From: the human T2T-CHM13v2.0 reference genome, Homo sapiens
Reading direction: 5' to 3' (one strand)
Length of the DNA stretch: 64,000 bases
Assembly: GCF_009914755.1 (NCBI RefSeq)
Contig: NC_060938.1
Of the stretch, positions 50,001 to 64,000 are shown piece after piece. The notes beneath the pieces are model-generated. The model was not told the origin of the DNA, did no database searches, and worked only from the letters and a program-made list of their open reading frames with translations. Numbering within the stretch: the stretch's first letter is position 1; each line of letters starts with the position of its first letter. Made by a program: the position numbers and the translations under genes.

Positions 50001-53000
50001 AATGTAATGCAATGGGATGGAGTGGAATCAACCCGAGTGGAATGGAATGGAATGGAATGGAATGGAATGGAATGGAAAGGAATGGAATGGAATGGAATGG
50101 AATGGAATGGAATGTTATGGAATGGAATGGAATGGAATGGATTAAATCCGGGTGTAGTGGAATGGAATGGAATGGAATGGAATGGAATGGAATGGAATTT
50201 AGTGGAATGGAATGGAATGGAATGTAAAGGAATGGAATGGAATCAACCAGAATGGAATGGAACGGAATGGAATGGAAAGGAATGGAAAGGAATGGAATGG
50301 AATAGAATTGAATGGAATGGAATGGAATCAACCCGAATGGGATGGCATGAAATGGAACGGAATGCAATGGAATGGAATGGAATGGAATGGAATCTCCCTA
50401 AGTGTAATGGAATGGAATGGAATGCAATGGAATCCACAAGAGTGGAATGGAATGGAATAGAAAGAAATCAACCCTAATGGAATTGAACGGAATGGAATGG
50501 AAAGGAATGGAATGGAATGGAATGGAATGGAATGGAATGGAATCAACCCAAATGGGATGGCATGGAATGGAATTGAATGGAATGGAATGGAATGGAATGG
50601 AATGGAATGGAATGGAATGGAATCAACACGAGTGGAATGGAATGGAACGGAATGGAATCAACACGAGTGGAATGAAATGGAATGTAATGCAATGGGATGG
50701 AGTGGAATCAACCCGAGCGGAATGGAATGGAATGCAGTGGAAAGGAATGAAATGGAATGGATCGGAATGGAATCCAATGGAATCAACTGGAATGGAATGG
50801 TATGGAAGGGAATGGAATGGAATGGAATGGAATGGAATAAATCCGGGTGGAGTGGAATGGAATGTAATGGAGTGGAATATAATGGAATTTATTGAAATGG
50901 AATGGAATGGAATGGAATGGAACGGAATGGAATGGAATGAAATGGATTGGATCGGAATGGAATCCAATGGAATCAACTGGAATGGAATGGAATGGAATAA
51001 ATCCGTGTGGAGTGGAATGGAATGTAATGGAGTGGAATGGAATGGAATGGAATGGAATGGAATGGAAAGGAATCAACCCGAATGGAATTGAACGGAATGG
51101 AATGGAAAGGAATGGAATGGAATGGAACGGAATGGAATCAACCCGAATGGGATGGCATGGAATGGAATGGAATGGAATGGAATCAACCCAAGTGCAATGG
51201 ATGGAATGGAATGCAATGGAATCCACCCGAGTGGAGTGGAATGGAATGGACTGGAATGGAATGGAATGCAATGGAATTCAATGTTGTGGAATGGAACGGA
51301 ATAGAGTGGAATTGAATAAACACCAGGGGAATGAAATGGATTGCAGTGAAATGGAATGGAATGGAATGGAATGGAATGAAATCAACCCGAATGGAATGCA
51401 ACGGATTGGAATGGAATGGAAAGGAATGAATGGAATGGAATGGTGAGGAATCAACACGAGAGGAATGGAATGGAATGGAACGGAACGGAATAGAAAGAAA
51501 TGGAATGGAATGAACCCGAATGGAATGGAATGGATTGGAATGGAATGGAATGGAATCAACCCGAGCGGAAAGGAATGGAATGCAATGGAGTGGAATGGAA
51601 TGTAATGGAATGGAATGGAATGGAATGGAATCATCACGAATGGAATGGAACGGAGTGGAATGGGATGGAATGGAATGGAATGGAAATTAATCAACACGAA
51701 TGGAATGGAATGGAAAGGAATGGAATGAAATGGAATGGAATGGTATGGAATGGAATGGAATTGAATGGAATGGAATGAAATGGAAAGGAACGGAATGGAA
51801 TCAACAGGAGTGGAATGGAATGGAAAGGAATGGAATCAACTTGAGTGGAATGAAATGGAATGTAATGCAATGGGATGGAGTGGAATCAACCCGAGTGCAA
51901 TTGAATGGAATGGAATGGAATGGAATGGAATGGAATGGAATGAAATGAAATGGAATGGATTGGAATGGAATCCAATGGAATCAACTGGAATGGAATGGAA
52001 TGGAATGGAATGGATTCAATCCGGGTGGAGTGGAATGGAATGTAATGGAGTGGAATGTAATGGAATTTAGTGGAAGGGAATGGAATGGAATGGAATGAAA
52101 TGGATTGGAACGGAATGGAATCCAATGGAATCAACTGGAATGGAATGGAATGGAATGGAATGAAATGGAAAGGAACGGAATGGAATCAACACGAGTGGAA
52201 TGGGATGGAACGGAATGGAATCAACCCGAGTGGAATGGAATGGAATGGAATGGAATGGAAAGGAATGGAATGGAATAGAATGGAATGGAATGGAATGGAA
52301 TGGAATCAACCCGAATGGAATGGCATGGAATGGCATTGAATGGAATACAATGGAATGGAATGGAATGGAATGGAATGGAATGGAATGGAATCAACCCAAG
52401 TGCAATGGAATGGAATGGAATGCAATGGAATCCACCCGAGTGTAATGGAATGGAATGGAATGGAATGGAATGGAATGGAATGGAGTGGAATGGAACGGAA
52501 TGGAGTGGAATGCAATAAACACCAGGGGAATGAAATGGATTGGAATGAAGTGGAATGGAATGGAATGGAATGAAATCAACCCGAGAGGCATGGAACGGAA
52601 TGGAATGGAATGGAAAGGAATGAATGGAATGGAATGGTGTGGAATCAACACGAGGGGAATGGAATGGAATGGAACGGAACGGAACAGAATGGAAAGGAAT
52701 GGAATGGAATGAACCCGAATGGAATGGAATGGATTGGAATGCAATGGAATGGAATCAACCCGAGCGGAAAGGAATGGAATGGAATGGAGTGGAATGTAAT
52801 GGAATGGAATGGAATGGAATGGGATGGGATGGAATGGAATGGAATGGAAGTTAATCAACACGAATGGAATGGAACGGAATGGAATGGAATGGAATGGAAT
52901 GGAATGGAATGGAATGGAATAGAATGGAATGGAATCACCACGAATGGAATGGAACGGAATGGAATGGGATGGGATGGAATGGAATGGAATGGAAGTTAAT

Positions 53001-56000
53001 CAACACGAATGGAATGGAATGGAATGGAATGGAATGGAATGGAATGGAATGGAATGGAATAGAATGGAATGGAATCACCACGAATGGAATGGAATGGAAT
53101 GGAATGGGATGGGATAGAATGGAATGGAATGGAAGTTAATCAACACGAATGGAATGGAACGCAATGGAATGGAATGGAATGGAATGGAATGTAATAGAAT
53201 GGAATGGAATGGAATGGAATGGAATGGAGTGGAATGGAACGGGATGGATTGGAATGGAATAAACACCAGGAGAATGAAATGGATTGGAATGAAATGTAAT
53301 GGAATGGAATGCAATGGAATGAAATCAACCCGAGTGGAATGGAACGGAATGGAATTGAATGGAAAGGAATGAATGGAATGGAATGCTGTGGAATCAACAC
53401 GAGAGGAATGGAATGGAATGGAATGGAAAGCAACGGAATGGAAAGAAATGGAATGGAATGATCCCGAATGGAATGCAATGGATTGGAATGCAATGGAATG
53501 GAATCAACCCGAGCGAAAAGGAATGGAATGGAATGGAGTGGAATGGAATGGAATGGAATGGAATGGAATCAACACGAATATAATGGAACGGAATGGAATG
53601 GGATGGGATGGAATGGAATGGAATGGAAGTTAATCAACACGAATGGAATGGAACGGAATGGAAAGGAATGGAATGGAATGAAATGGAAAGGAACGGAATG
53701 GAATCAACACGAGTGGAATGGAATGGAATGGAATGGAATCAACCCGAGTGGAATGAAATGGAATGCAATGCAGTGGGATGGAGTGGAGTCAACCCGAGTG
53801 GAATGGAATGGAATGGAATGAAATGGAATGGATCGGAATGGAATCCAATGGAATCTACTGGAATGGAATGGAATAGAATGGAATAAATTCGGGTGGAGTG
53901 GAATGGAATGTAATGGAGTGGAATGGAATGGAATTTAGTGGAGTGGAATGGAATGGAATGGAATGGAATGGAATGGAACGGAATGGAATCAACACGAGTG
54001 GAATGGAATGGAATGGAATGGAATCAACCCCAGTTGAATTAACTGGAATGGAATGCAATGGGATGGAGTGGAATCAACCCGAGTGGAATGGAATGGAATG
54101 GAATGGGATGTAATGGAATGGAATGGAATGGAATGGAATGAAATGGAATGGATCGGAATGGAATCCAATGGAATCAACTGGAATGGAATGGAATGGAATG
54201 GAATGGAACGGAATGGAAACAACACGAATGGAATGGAACGGATTGTAATGGAAATGAATGGAATGGAATGGAATGGAATGGAATGGAATGGAATGGAATC
54301 AACCCAAGTGCAATGGAATGGAATGGAATGTAATGGAATCCACCCGAGTGGAATGGAATGGAATGGAATGGAATGGAATGGAATGGAATGCAATGGAGTG
54401 GAATGGAACGGAATGGAGTGGAATGCAATAAACACCAGGGGAATGCAATTGATTGGAATGAAGTGGAATGGAATGGAATGGAATGGAATGAAATCAACCC
54501 GAGTGGAATGGAACGGAATGGAATGGAATGGAAAGGAATGAATGGAAAGGAATGGTGTGGAATCAACACGAAAGGAATGGAATGGAATGGAATGGAACGG
54601 AACGGAATGGAAAGGAATGGAATGAAATGAACCCGAATGGAATGGAATGGAATGGATTGGAATGGAATGGAATGGAATCAACCCGAGCGGAAAGGAACGG
54701 AATGGAATAGAGTGGAATGTAATGTAATGGAATGGAATGGAATGGAATCAACACAAATGTAATGGAACGGAATGGAATGGGATAGGATGGAATGGTATGG
54801 AATGGAAGTTAATCAACACGAATGGAATGGAACGGAATGGAATGGAATGGATTTGAAAGGAATGGAATGGAATGGAATCAACCCGAGCGGAAAGGAATGG
54901 AATGGAAAGGAATGGAATGGAATCAACCCGAATGGGATGGCATGGAATGGAATTGAATGGAATGGAATGGAATGGAATGGAATGGAATGGAATGCAATGG
55001 AATGGAATCAACCCAAGTGCAATGGATGGAATGGAATGCAATGGAATACACCCGAGTGGAATGGAATGGAATGGAATGGACTGGAATGGAATGGAATGCA
55101 ATGGAATTCAATGGAGTGGAATGGAACGGAATAGAGTGGAATTGAATAAACACCAGGGGAATGAAATGGATTGGAATGTAATGGAATGGAATGGAATGGA
55201 ATGGAATGAAATCAACCTGAGTGGAATGGAACGGAATGGAATGGAATGGAAAGGAATGAATGGAATGGAATGGTGAGGAAACAACACGAGAGGAATGGAA
55301 TGGAATGGAACGGAAAGGAATGGAAAGAAATGGAATGGAATGAACCCGAATGGAATGGAATGGATTGGAATGGAATGGAATGGAATCAACCCGAGCGGAA
55401 AGGAATGGAATGCAATGGAGTGGAATGGAATGTAATGTAATGGAATGGAATGGAATGGAATCATCACGAATGGAATGGAACGGAATGGAATGGGATGGGA
55501 TGGAATGTATTGGAATGGAAGTTAATCAACACGAATGGAATGGAATGGAAAGGAATGGAATGAAATGGAATGGAATGGAATGGAATGAAATGGAAAGGAA
55601 CGGATTGGAATCAACAGGAGTGGAATGGAATGGAACGGAATGGAATCAACACGAGTGGAATGAAATGGAATGTAATGCAATGGGATGGAGTGGAATCAAC
55701 CCGAGTGGAATGGAATGGAATGGAATGGAATGGAATGGAATGGAATGGAATGGAAAGGAATGGAATGGAATGGAATGGAATGGAATGGAATGGAATGTTA
55801 TGGAATGGAATGGAATGGAATGGATTAAATCCGGGTGTAGTGGAATGGAATGGAATGGAATGGAATGGAATGGAATGGAATTTAGTGGAATGGAATGGAA
55901 TGGAATGTAAAGGAATGGAATGGAATCAACCAGATTGGAATGGAACGGAATGGAATGGAAAGGAATGGAAAGGAATGGAATGGAATAGAATTGAATGGAA

Positions 56001-59000
56001 TGGAATGGAATCAACCCGAATGGGATGGCATGAAATGGAACGGAATGCAATGGAATGGAATGGAATGGAATGGAATCTCCCTAAGTGCAATGGAATGGAA
56101 TGGAATGCAATGGAATCCACCCGAGTGGAATGGAATGGAATAGAAAGAAATCAACCCTAATGGAATTGAACGGAATGGAATGGAAAGGAATGGAATGGAA
56201 TGGAATGGAATGGAATGGAATGGAATCAACCCGAATGGGATGGCATGGAATGGAATTGAATGGAATGGAATGGAATGGAATGGAATGGAATGGAATCAAC
56301 ACGAGTGGAATGGAATGGAACGGAATGGAATCAACACGAGTGGAATGAAATGGAATGTAATGCAATGGGATGGAGTGGAATCAACCCGAGCGGAATGGAA
56401 TGGAATGCAGTGGAAAGGAATGAAATGGAATGGATCGGAATGGAATCCAATGGAATCAACTGGAATGGAATGGTATGGAAGGGAATGGAATGGAATGGAA
56501 TGGAATGGAATAAATCCGGGTGGAGTGGAATGGAATGTAATGGAGTGGAATATAATGGAATTTATTGAAATGGAATGGAATGGAATGGAATGGAACGGAA
56601 TGGAATGGAATGAAATGGATTGGATCGGAATGGAATCCAATGGAATCAACTGGAATGGAATGGAATGGAATGGAATAAATCCGTGTGGAGTGGAATGGAA
56701 TGTAATGGAGTGGAATGGAATGGAATGGAATGGAATGGAATGGAAAGGAATCAACCCGAATGGAATTGAACGGAATGGAATGCAAAGGAATGGAATGGAA
56801 TGGAACGGAATGGAATCAACCCGAATGCGATGGCATGGAATGGAATGGAGTGGAATGGAATGGAATGGAATCAACCCAAGTGCAATGGATGGAATGGAAT
56901 GCAATGGAATCCACCCGAGTGGAATGGAATGGAATGGACTGGAATGGAATGGAATGCAATGGAATTCAATGGAGTGGAATGGAACGGAATAGAATGGAAT
57001 TGAATAAACACCAGGGGAATGAAATGGATTGCAGTGAAATGGAATGGAATGGAATGGAATGGAATGAAATCAACCCGAATGGAATGCAACGGATTGGAAT
57101 GGAATGGAAAGGAATGAATGGAATGGAATGGTGAGGAATCAACACGAGAGGAATGGAATGGAATGGAACGGAACGGAATAGAAAGAAATGGAATGGAATG
57201 AACCCGAATGGAATGGAATGGATTGGAATGGAATGGAATGGAATCAACGCGAGCGGAAAGGAATGGAATGCAATGGAGTGGAATGGAATGTAATGGAATG
57301 GAATGGAATGGAATGGAATCATCACGAATGGAATGGAACGGAGTGGAATGGGATGGAATGGAATGGAATGGAAATTAATCAACACGAATGGAATGGAATG
57401 GAAAGGAATGGAATGAAATGGAATGGAATGGTATGGAATGGAATGGAATTGAATGGAATGGAATGAAATGGAAAGGAACGGAATGGAATCAACAGGAGTG
57501 GAATGGAATGGAAAGGAATGGAATCAACCCGAGTGGAATGAAATGGAATGTAATGCAATGGGATGGAGTGGAATCAACCCGAGTGCAATGGAATGGAATG
57601 GAATGGAATGGAATGAAATGAAATGGAATGGATTGGAATGGAATCCAATGGAATCAACTGGAATGGAATGGAATGGAATGGAATGGAATGGAATGGAATG
57701 GAATGGATTAAATCCAGGTGGAGTGGAATGGAATGTAATGGAGTGGAATGTAATGGAATTTAGTGGAAGGGAATGGAATGGAATGGAATGAAATGGATTG
57801 GAACGGAATGAAATCCAATGGAATCAACTGGAATGGAATGGAATGGAATGGAATGAAATGGAAAGGAACGGAATGGAATCAACACGAGTGGAATGGGATG
57901 GAACGGAATGGAATCAACCCGAGTGGAATGGAATGGAATGGAATGGAAAGGAATGGAATGGAATAGAATGGAATGGAATGGAATGGAATGGAATCAACCC
58001 GAATGGAATGGCATGGAATGGCATTGAATGGAATACAATGGAATGGAATGGAATGGAATGGAATGGAATGGAATGGAATCAACCCAAGTGCAATGGAATG
58101 GAATGGAATGCAATGGAATCCACCCGAGTGTAATGGAATGGAATGGAATGGAATGGAATGGAATGGAATGGAATGGAATGGAGTGGAATGGAACGGAATG
58201 GAGTGGAATGCAATAAACACCAGGGGAATGAAATGGATTGGAATGAAGTGGAATGGAATGGAATGGAATGAAATCAACCCGAGAGGAATGGAACGGAATG
58301 GAATGGAATGGAAAGGAATGAATGGAATGGAATGGTGTGGAATCAACACGAGGGGAATGGAATGGAATGGAACGGAACGGAACAGAATGGAAAGGAATGG
58401 AATGGAATGAACCCGAATGGAATGGAATGGATTGGAATGGAATGGACTGGAATCAACCCGAGCGGAAAGGAATGGAATGGAATGGAGTGGAATGTAATGG
58501 AATGGAATGGAATGGAATGGAATGGAATCAACACAAATGGAATGGAATGGAATGGAATGGGATAGGATGGAATGGTATGGAATGGAAGTTAATCAACACG
58601 AATGGAATGGAACGGAATGGAATGGAATGGAAAGGAATGGAATGGAATGGAATGGAATTAAATGGAGAGGAACGGAATGGAATCAACACGAGTGGATTGG
58701 AAAGGAATGGAATGGAATCAACAACAGTGGAATGAACTGGAATGTAATGCAATGGGATGGAGTGGAATCAACACGAGTGGAATGGAATGGAATGGAATGG
58801 AATGGAAAGGAATGGAATGGAATGAAATGGAATGGATTGGAGTGGAATCCAATGGAATCAACTGGAATGGAATGGAATGGAATGGAATGGAATGCAATGG
58901 AATGGAATAAATCTGCGTGGAGTGGAATGGAATGAAACGGAGTGGAATGTAATGGAATTTAGTGGAATGGAATGGAATGAAATGGAATGGAATGAAATGG

Positions 59001-62000
59001 ATTGGATCGGAATGGAACCCAATGGAATCAACTGGAATGGAATGGAACGGAATTGAATGGAATAAATCCGGGTGGAGTGGAATGGAATGTAATGGAGTGG
59101 AATGGAATGGAATTTAGTGCAATGGAATGGAATGGAATGGAATGGAATGAAATGGATTGGATCGGAATGGAATCCAATGGAATCAACTGGAATGGAATGG
59201 AATGGAATAAATCCGGGTGGAGTGGAATGGAATGTAATGGAGTGGAAAGGAATGGAATTTAATGGAATGGAATGGAAAGGAATGGAATGAAATGGAATGG
59301 AATGGAATCAACCCGAATGGGATGGCATGGAATGAAATTGAATGGAATGGAATGGAATGGAATGGAATCAACACGAATGGAATGGAACGGAATGGAAAGC
59401 AATGGAATGGAATGGAATGGAAAGGAATGGAATGGAATGGAAGGGAATCAACCCGAATGGGATGGCATGGAATGGAATTGAATGGAATGGAATGGAATGG
59501 AATGGAATGGAATGGAATCCACCCAAGTGCAATGGAATGGAATGGAATGCAATGGAATCCACCCGAGTGGAATGGAATGGAATGGAACGGAATGGAATGG
59601 AATGGAATGGAGTGGAATGGAACGGAATGGAGTGGAATGGAATAAACACCAGGGAATGAAATGGATTGGAATGAAATGGAATGGAATGGAATGAAATCAA
59701 CCAGAGTGGAATGCAACAGAATGGAATTGAATGGAAAGGAATGAATGGAATGGAATGGGGTGGAATCAACACGAGAGGAATGGAATGGAATGGAATGGAA
59801 AGCAACGGAATGGAAAGCAATGGAAAGGAGTGAACCCGAATGGAATGGAATGGATAGGAATGGAATGGAATGGAATCAACCCGAGCGGAAAGGAATGGAA
59901 TGCAATGGAGTGGAGTGGAATGAAATGTAATGTAATGGAATGGAATGGAATAGAATCAACACGAATGGAATGGAATGGAATGGAATTGGATGGGATGGAA
60001 TGGAATGGAATGGAAGTTAATCAACACGAATGGAATGGATCGGAATGTAATCGAATGGAATGGAATGGAATGGAATGAAATGGAAAGGAACGGAATAGAA
60101 TCAACACGAGTGGAATGGAATGGAACGGAATGGAATCAACCCGAGTGGAAAGAAATGGAATGTAATGCAATGGGATGGAGTGGAATCAACCCGAGTGGAA
60201 TGGAAAGGAATGGAATGGAATGGAATGGAATGGAATGGATTGGAATGGAATCCAATGGAATCAACTGGAATGGAATGGAATGGAATGGAATGGAATGGAA
60301 TGGAATGGAATGGAATAAATCCGGGTGGAGTGGAATGGAATGTAATGGAGTGGAATATAATGGAATTTAGTGGAATGGAATGGAATGGATTGGAATGGAA
60401 TGAAATGGATTGGATCGGAATGGAAGGCAATGGAATCAACTGGAATGGAATGGAATGGAATGGAATGGAATAAATCCGGATTGAGTGGAATGGAATGTAA
60501 TGGAGTAGAATGTAATGGAATTTAGTGGAATGGAATGGAATGGAATGCAATGGAATGGAATAAATCCGGGTGGAGTGGAATGGAATGTAATGGAGTGGAA
60601 TGCAATGGAATTTAGTGGAATGGAATGGAATGGAATGGAATGGAATGGAATGGAATCAACCCGAATGGAATGGAACGGAATGGAATGGAATGGAATGGAA
60701 TGGAATGGAATGGAATCAACACGAATGACACGGCATAGAATGGAATGGAATGGAATGGAATGGAATGGAATGGAATGGAATGGATTGGAATGGAATCAAC
60801 CCGAATGGAATGGAACTAAATGGAATGGAAATGAATGGAATGGAATGGAATGGAATGGAATAGAATGGAATCAACCCGAATGGGATGGCATGGAATGGAA
60901 TTGAATGGAATGGAATGGAATGGAATGGAATGGAATCAACCCAAGTGCAATGGAATGGAATGGAATACAATGGAATCCACCCGAGTAGAATGGAATGGAA
61001 CGGAATGGAATGGAATGGAATACAATGGAATCCACCCAAGTAGAATGGAATGGAATGGAATGGAATGGAATGGAATGGAATGGAGTGGAATGAAACGGAA
61101 TGGAGTGGAATGGAATAAACACCAGGGGAATGAAATGGATTGGAATTAAATGGAATGGAATGGAGTGGAATGGAATGAAATCAACCCGAGTGGAATGGAA
61201 CGGAATGGAATAGAACGGAAAGGAATGAATGGAATGGAATGCTGTGGAATCAACACGAGAGGAACGGAATGGAATAGAATGGAACGGAACGGAATGGAAA
61301 GGAATGGAATGGATTGAACCCGAATGGAATGGAATGGATTGGAATGCAATGGAATGGAATCAACCCGAGCGGAAAGGAATGGAATGGAATGGAGTGGAAT
61401 GGAATGGAATGGAATGGAATGGAATGGAATGGAATCAACACGAATGGAATGGAACGGAATGGAATGGGATGGGATGGAATGGAATGGAATGGAAGTTAAT
61501 CAACACGAATGGAATGGAACGGAATGGAATGGAATGGAAAGGAATGGAATGGAATGAAGTGGAATGGATCGGAATGGAATCCAATGGAATCAACTGGAAT
61601 GGAATGGATTGGAATGGAATGGAATGGAATGGAATGGAATGGAATAGAATAAATCCAGGTGGAGTGGAATGGAATGTAATGGAGTGGAATGGAATGGAAT
61701 TTAGTGGAATGGAATGGAATGGAATGGAATGGAATCAACCCGAATGGAATGGTACAGAATGGAATGGAAAGGAATGGAATGGAATGGAATGGAATGGAAT
61801 CCACCCGAGTTGAATGGAATGGAATGGAATGGAATGGAATGCAATGGAATGGAATGGAGTGGAATGGAACGGAATGGAGTGGAATGGAATAAACACCAGG
61901 GGAATGAAATGGATTGGAATGAAATGGAATGGAATGGAATGGAATGCAATGAAATCAACCCGAGTGGAATGGAACGGAATGGAATGGAATGGAAAGGAAT

Positions 62001-64000
62001 GAATGGAATGGAATGGTGTGGAATCAACACGAGAGGAATGGAACAGAATGGAATGGAACGGAACGGAATGGAAAGGAATGGAATGGAATGAACACGAATG
62101 GAATGGAATGGATTGGAATGGAATGGAATGGAATCAACCCGAGCGGGAAGGAATGGAATGGAATGCAGTGGAATGCAATGGAATGGAAAGGAATCAACAG
62201 GAATGCAATGGAACGGAATGGGATGGGATGGGATGGAATGGAATGGAATGGAAGTTAATCAACACGAATGGAAAGGAACGGAATGGAATGTAATGGAATG
62301 GAATGGAATGGAATGGAATGAACCCGAATGGAATGGAATGGATTGGAATGGAATGGAAAGGAATGGAATGGAATGGAATGGAGTGGAATGCAATGTAATG
62401 TAATGTAATGGAATGGAATGGAATCAACATGAATGGAATGGAACGGAATGGAATTGGATGGGATCAATGGAATTGAATGGAAGTTAATCAACATGAATGG
62501 AATGGAACCGAATGGAATGGAATGGAATGGAATGGAATGGAATAAACCCAAATGGAATGGAGTGGATTGGAATGGAATGGAATGGAATCAACCCGAGCGG
62601 AAAGGAATGGAATGGAATGGAGTGGAATGGAATGTAAAGGAATGGAATGGAATGGAATGGAATCAACACGAATGGAATGGAACGGAATGGAATGCGATGG
62701 GATGAAATGGAATGGAATGGAAGTTAATCAACACGAATGGAACGGAACCGAATGGAATGGAATGGAATAGAATGGAATGGAATGGAATGGAATGAAATGT
62801 AAAGGAACGGAATGGAATCAACACGAGTGGAATGGAATGGAACGGAATGGAATCAACCCGAGTGGAATGAAATGGAATGTAATGCAATGGGAAGGAATGG
62901 AATCAACCCGAGTGGAATGGAATGGAATGGAATGGAATGGAATGGAATGGAATGGAATCAACCCAAGTGCAATGCAATGGAATGGAATGCAATGGAATCC
63001 ACCCGAGTGGAATGGAATGGAATGGAATGGAATGGAATGGAATGGAATGGAATGGAATGGAGTGGAATGGAATGGAATGGAGTGGAATGGAACGGAATGG
63101 AGTGGAATGGAATAAACACCAGGGGAATGAAATGGATTGGAATGAAATAGAATGGAATGGAATGGAATAGAATGAAATCAAACAGATTGGAATGGAACGG
63201 CATGGAATGGAATGGAAGGGAATGAATGGAATGGAATGGTGTGGAATCAACACGAGAGGAATGGAATGGAACGGAATGGAACGGAACGGAATGGAAAGAA
63301 ATGGAATGAAATGACCCCGAAAGGAATGGAATGGATTGGGATGGAATAGAATGGAATCAACCCGAGCGGAAAGGAATGGAATGTAATGGAGTGGAATGTA
63401 ATGGAATGGAATGGAATTGAATGCAATGGAATCAACACGAATGGAATGGAACGGAATGGGATGGGATGGGATGGGATGGAATGTGATGGAATGGAAGTTA
63501 ATCAACACGAATGGAATGGAACGGAATGGAATGGATTGGATTGGAATGGAATGGAATGGAATGAAATGGAAAGGAATGGAATGGAATCAACATGAGTGGA
63601 ATGCAATGGAACGGAATGGAATCAACCCGAGTGGAATGAAATGGAATGCAATGCAATGGGATGGAGTGGAAACAACCCAAGTGGAACGGAATGGAATGGA
63701 ATGGAATGGAATGAAATGGAATGGATCGGAATGGAATCCAATGGAATCAGCTGGAATGGAATGGAATGGAATAAATCCGGGTGGAGTGGAATGGAATGTA
63801 ATGGAGTGGAATGGAATGGAATTTAGTGGAATGGAATGGAAAGGAATGGAATGGAATGGAATGGAATGGAATGGAATGGAATGGAATCAACCCGAATGGG
63901 ATGGAATGGAATGGAATTGAATGGAATGCAATGGAATGGAACGGAATGGAATGGAATAAACCAAAGTGCAATGGAATGGAATGGAATGGAATGGAATACA
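35065..64000 (+). repeat. Human satellite III (HSat3) array, (GGAAT)n with CAACCCGAGT-type interruptions
   Basis: About 29 kb of GGAAT pentamers with recurrent CAACCCGA(G/A)T, CAACACGA(G/A)T, AAATCCGGGT and AAACACCAGGGG inserts. No strand switch was seen, and the array runs off the window end. Confidence 0.97.

Noticed and set aside
35137-63971. Hundreds of ORFs of the MEWNG.../FHSIP... type, up to 343 aa
   Set aside because: They are direct translations of (GGAAT)n and (ATTCC)n, which lack stop codons. There is no coding signal.

Overview
This is a primate (very probably human) heterochromatic satellite junction, not a prokaryotic region. Bases 1-~35,064 are 68-bp beta-satellite (Sau3A/BSR) blocks interleaved with D4Z4-like (3.3-kb family) segments. 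These carry four full-length-extent but disrupted DUX4-like loci on +, and one inverted DUX4-like 3' fragment on -. Each terminal D4Z4 segment ends in a pLAM/DUX4-exon-3-like sequence that lacks the ATTAAA poly(A) signal. An inversion breakpoint lies at ~4,717-4,720, and a young AluYa5 with a 16-bp target-site duplication (TSD) is at 33,187-33,485. From ~35,065 to the end is a single-orientation HSat3 (GGAAT)n array with nested ~1.2-kb, ~5.7-kb and ~10.7-kb repeat structure. This mix is typical of acrocentric short arms and some pericentromeres (inference; the chromosome cannot be assigned from the sequence alone). No intact 424-aa DUX4 ORF is present, and nearly all ORF-track entries are satellite artefacts. 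I found no wholly new biological system. The best leads are TATAA-promoter DUX ORFs truncated in homeodomain 2, a composite beta-satellite/D4Z4 amplification unit, and junction signatures. Comparisons to canonical DUX4/4qA and Alu consensus sequences are from memory and were not aligned computationally.
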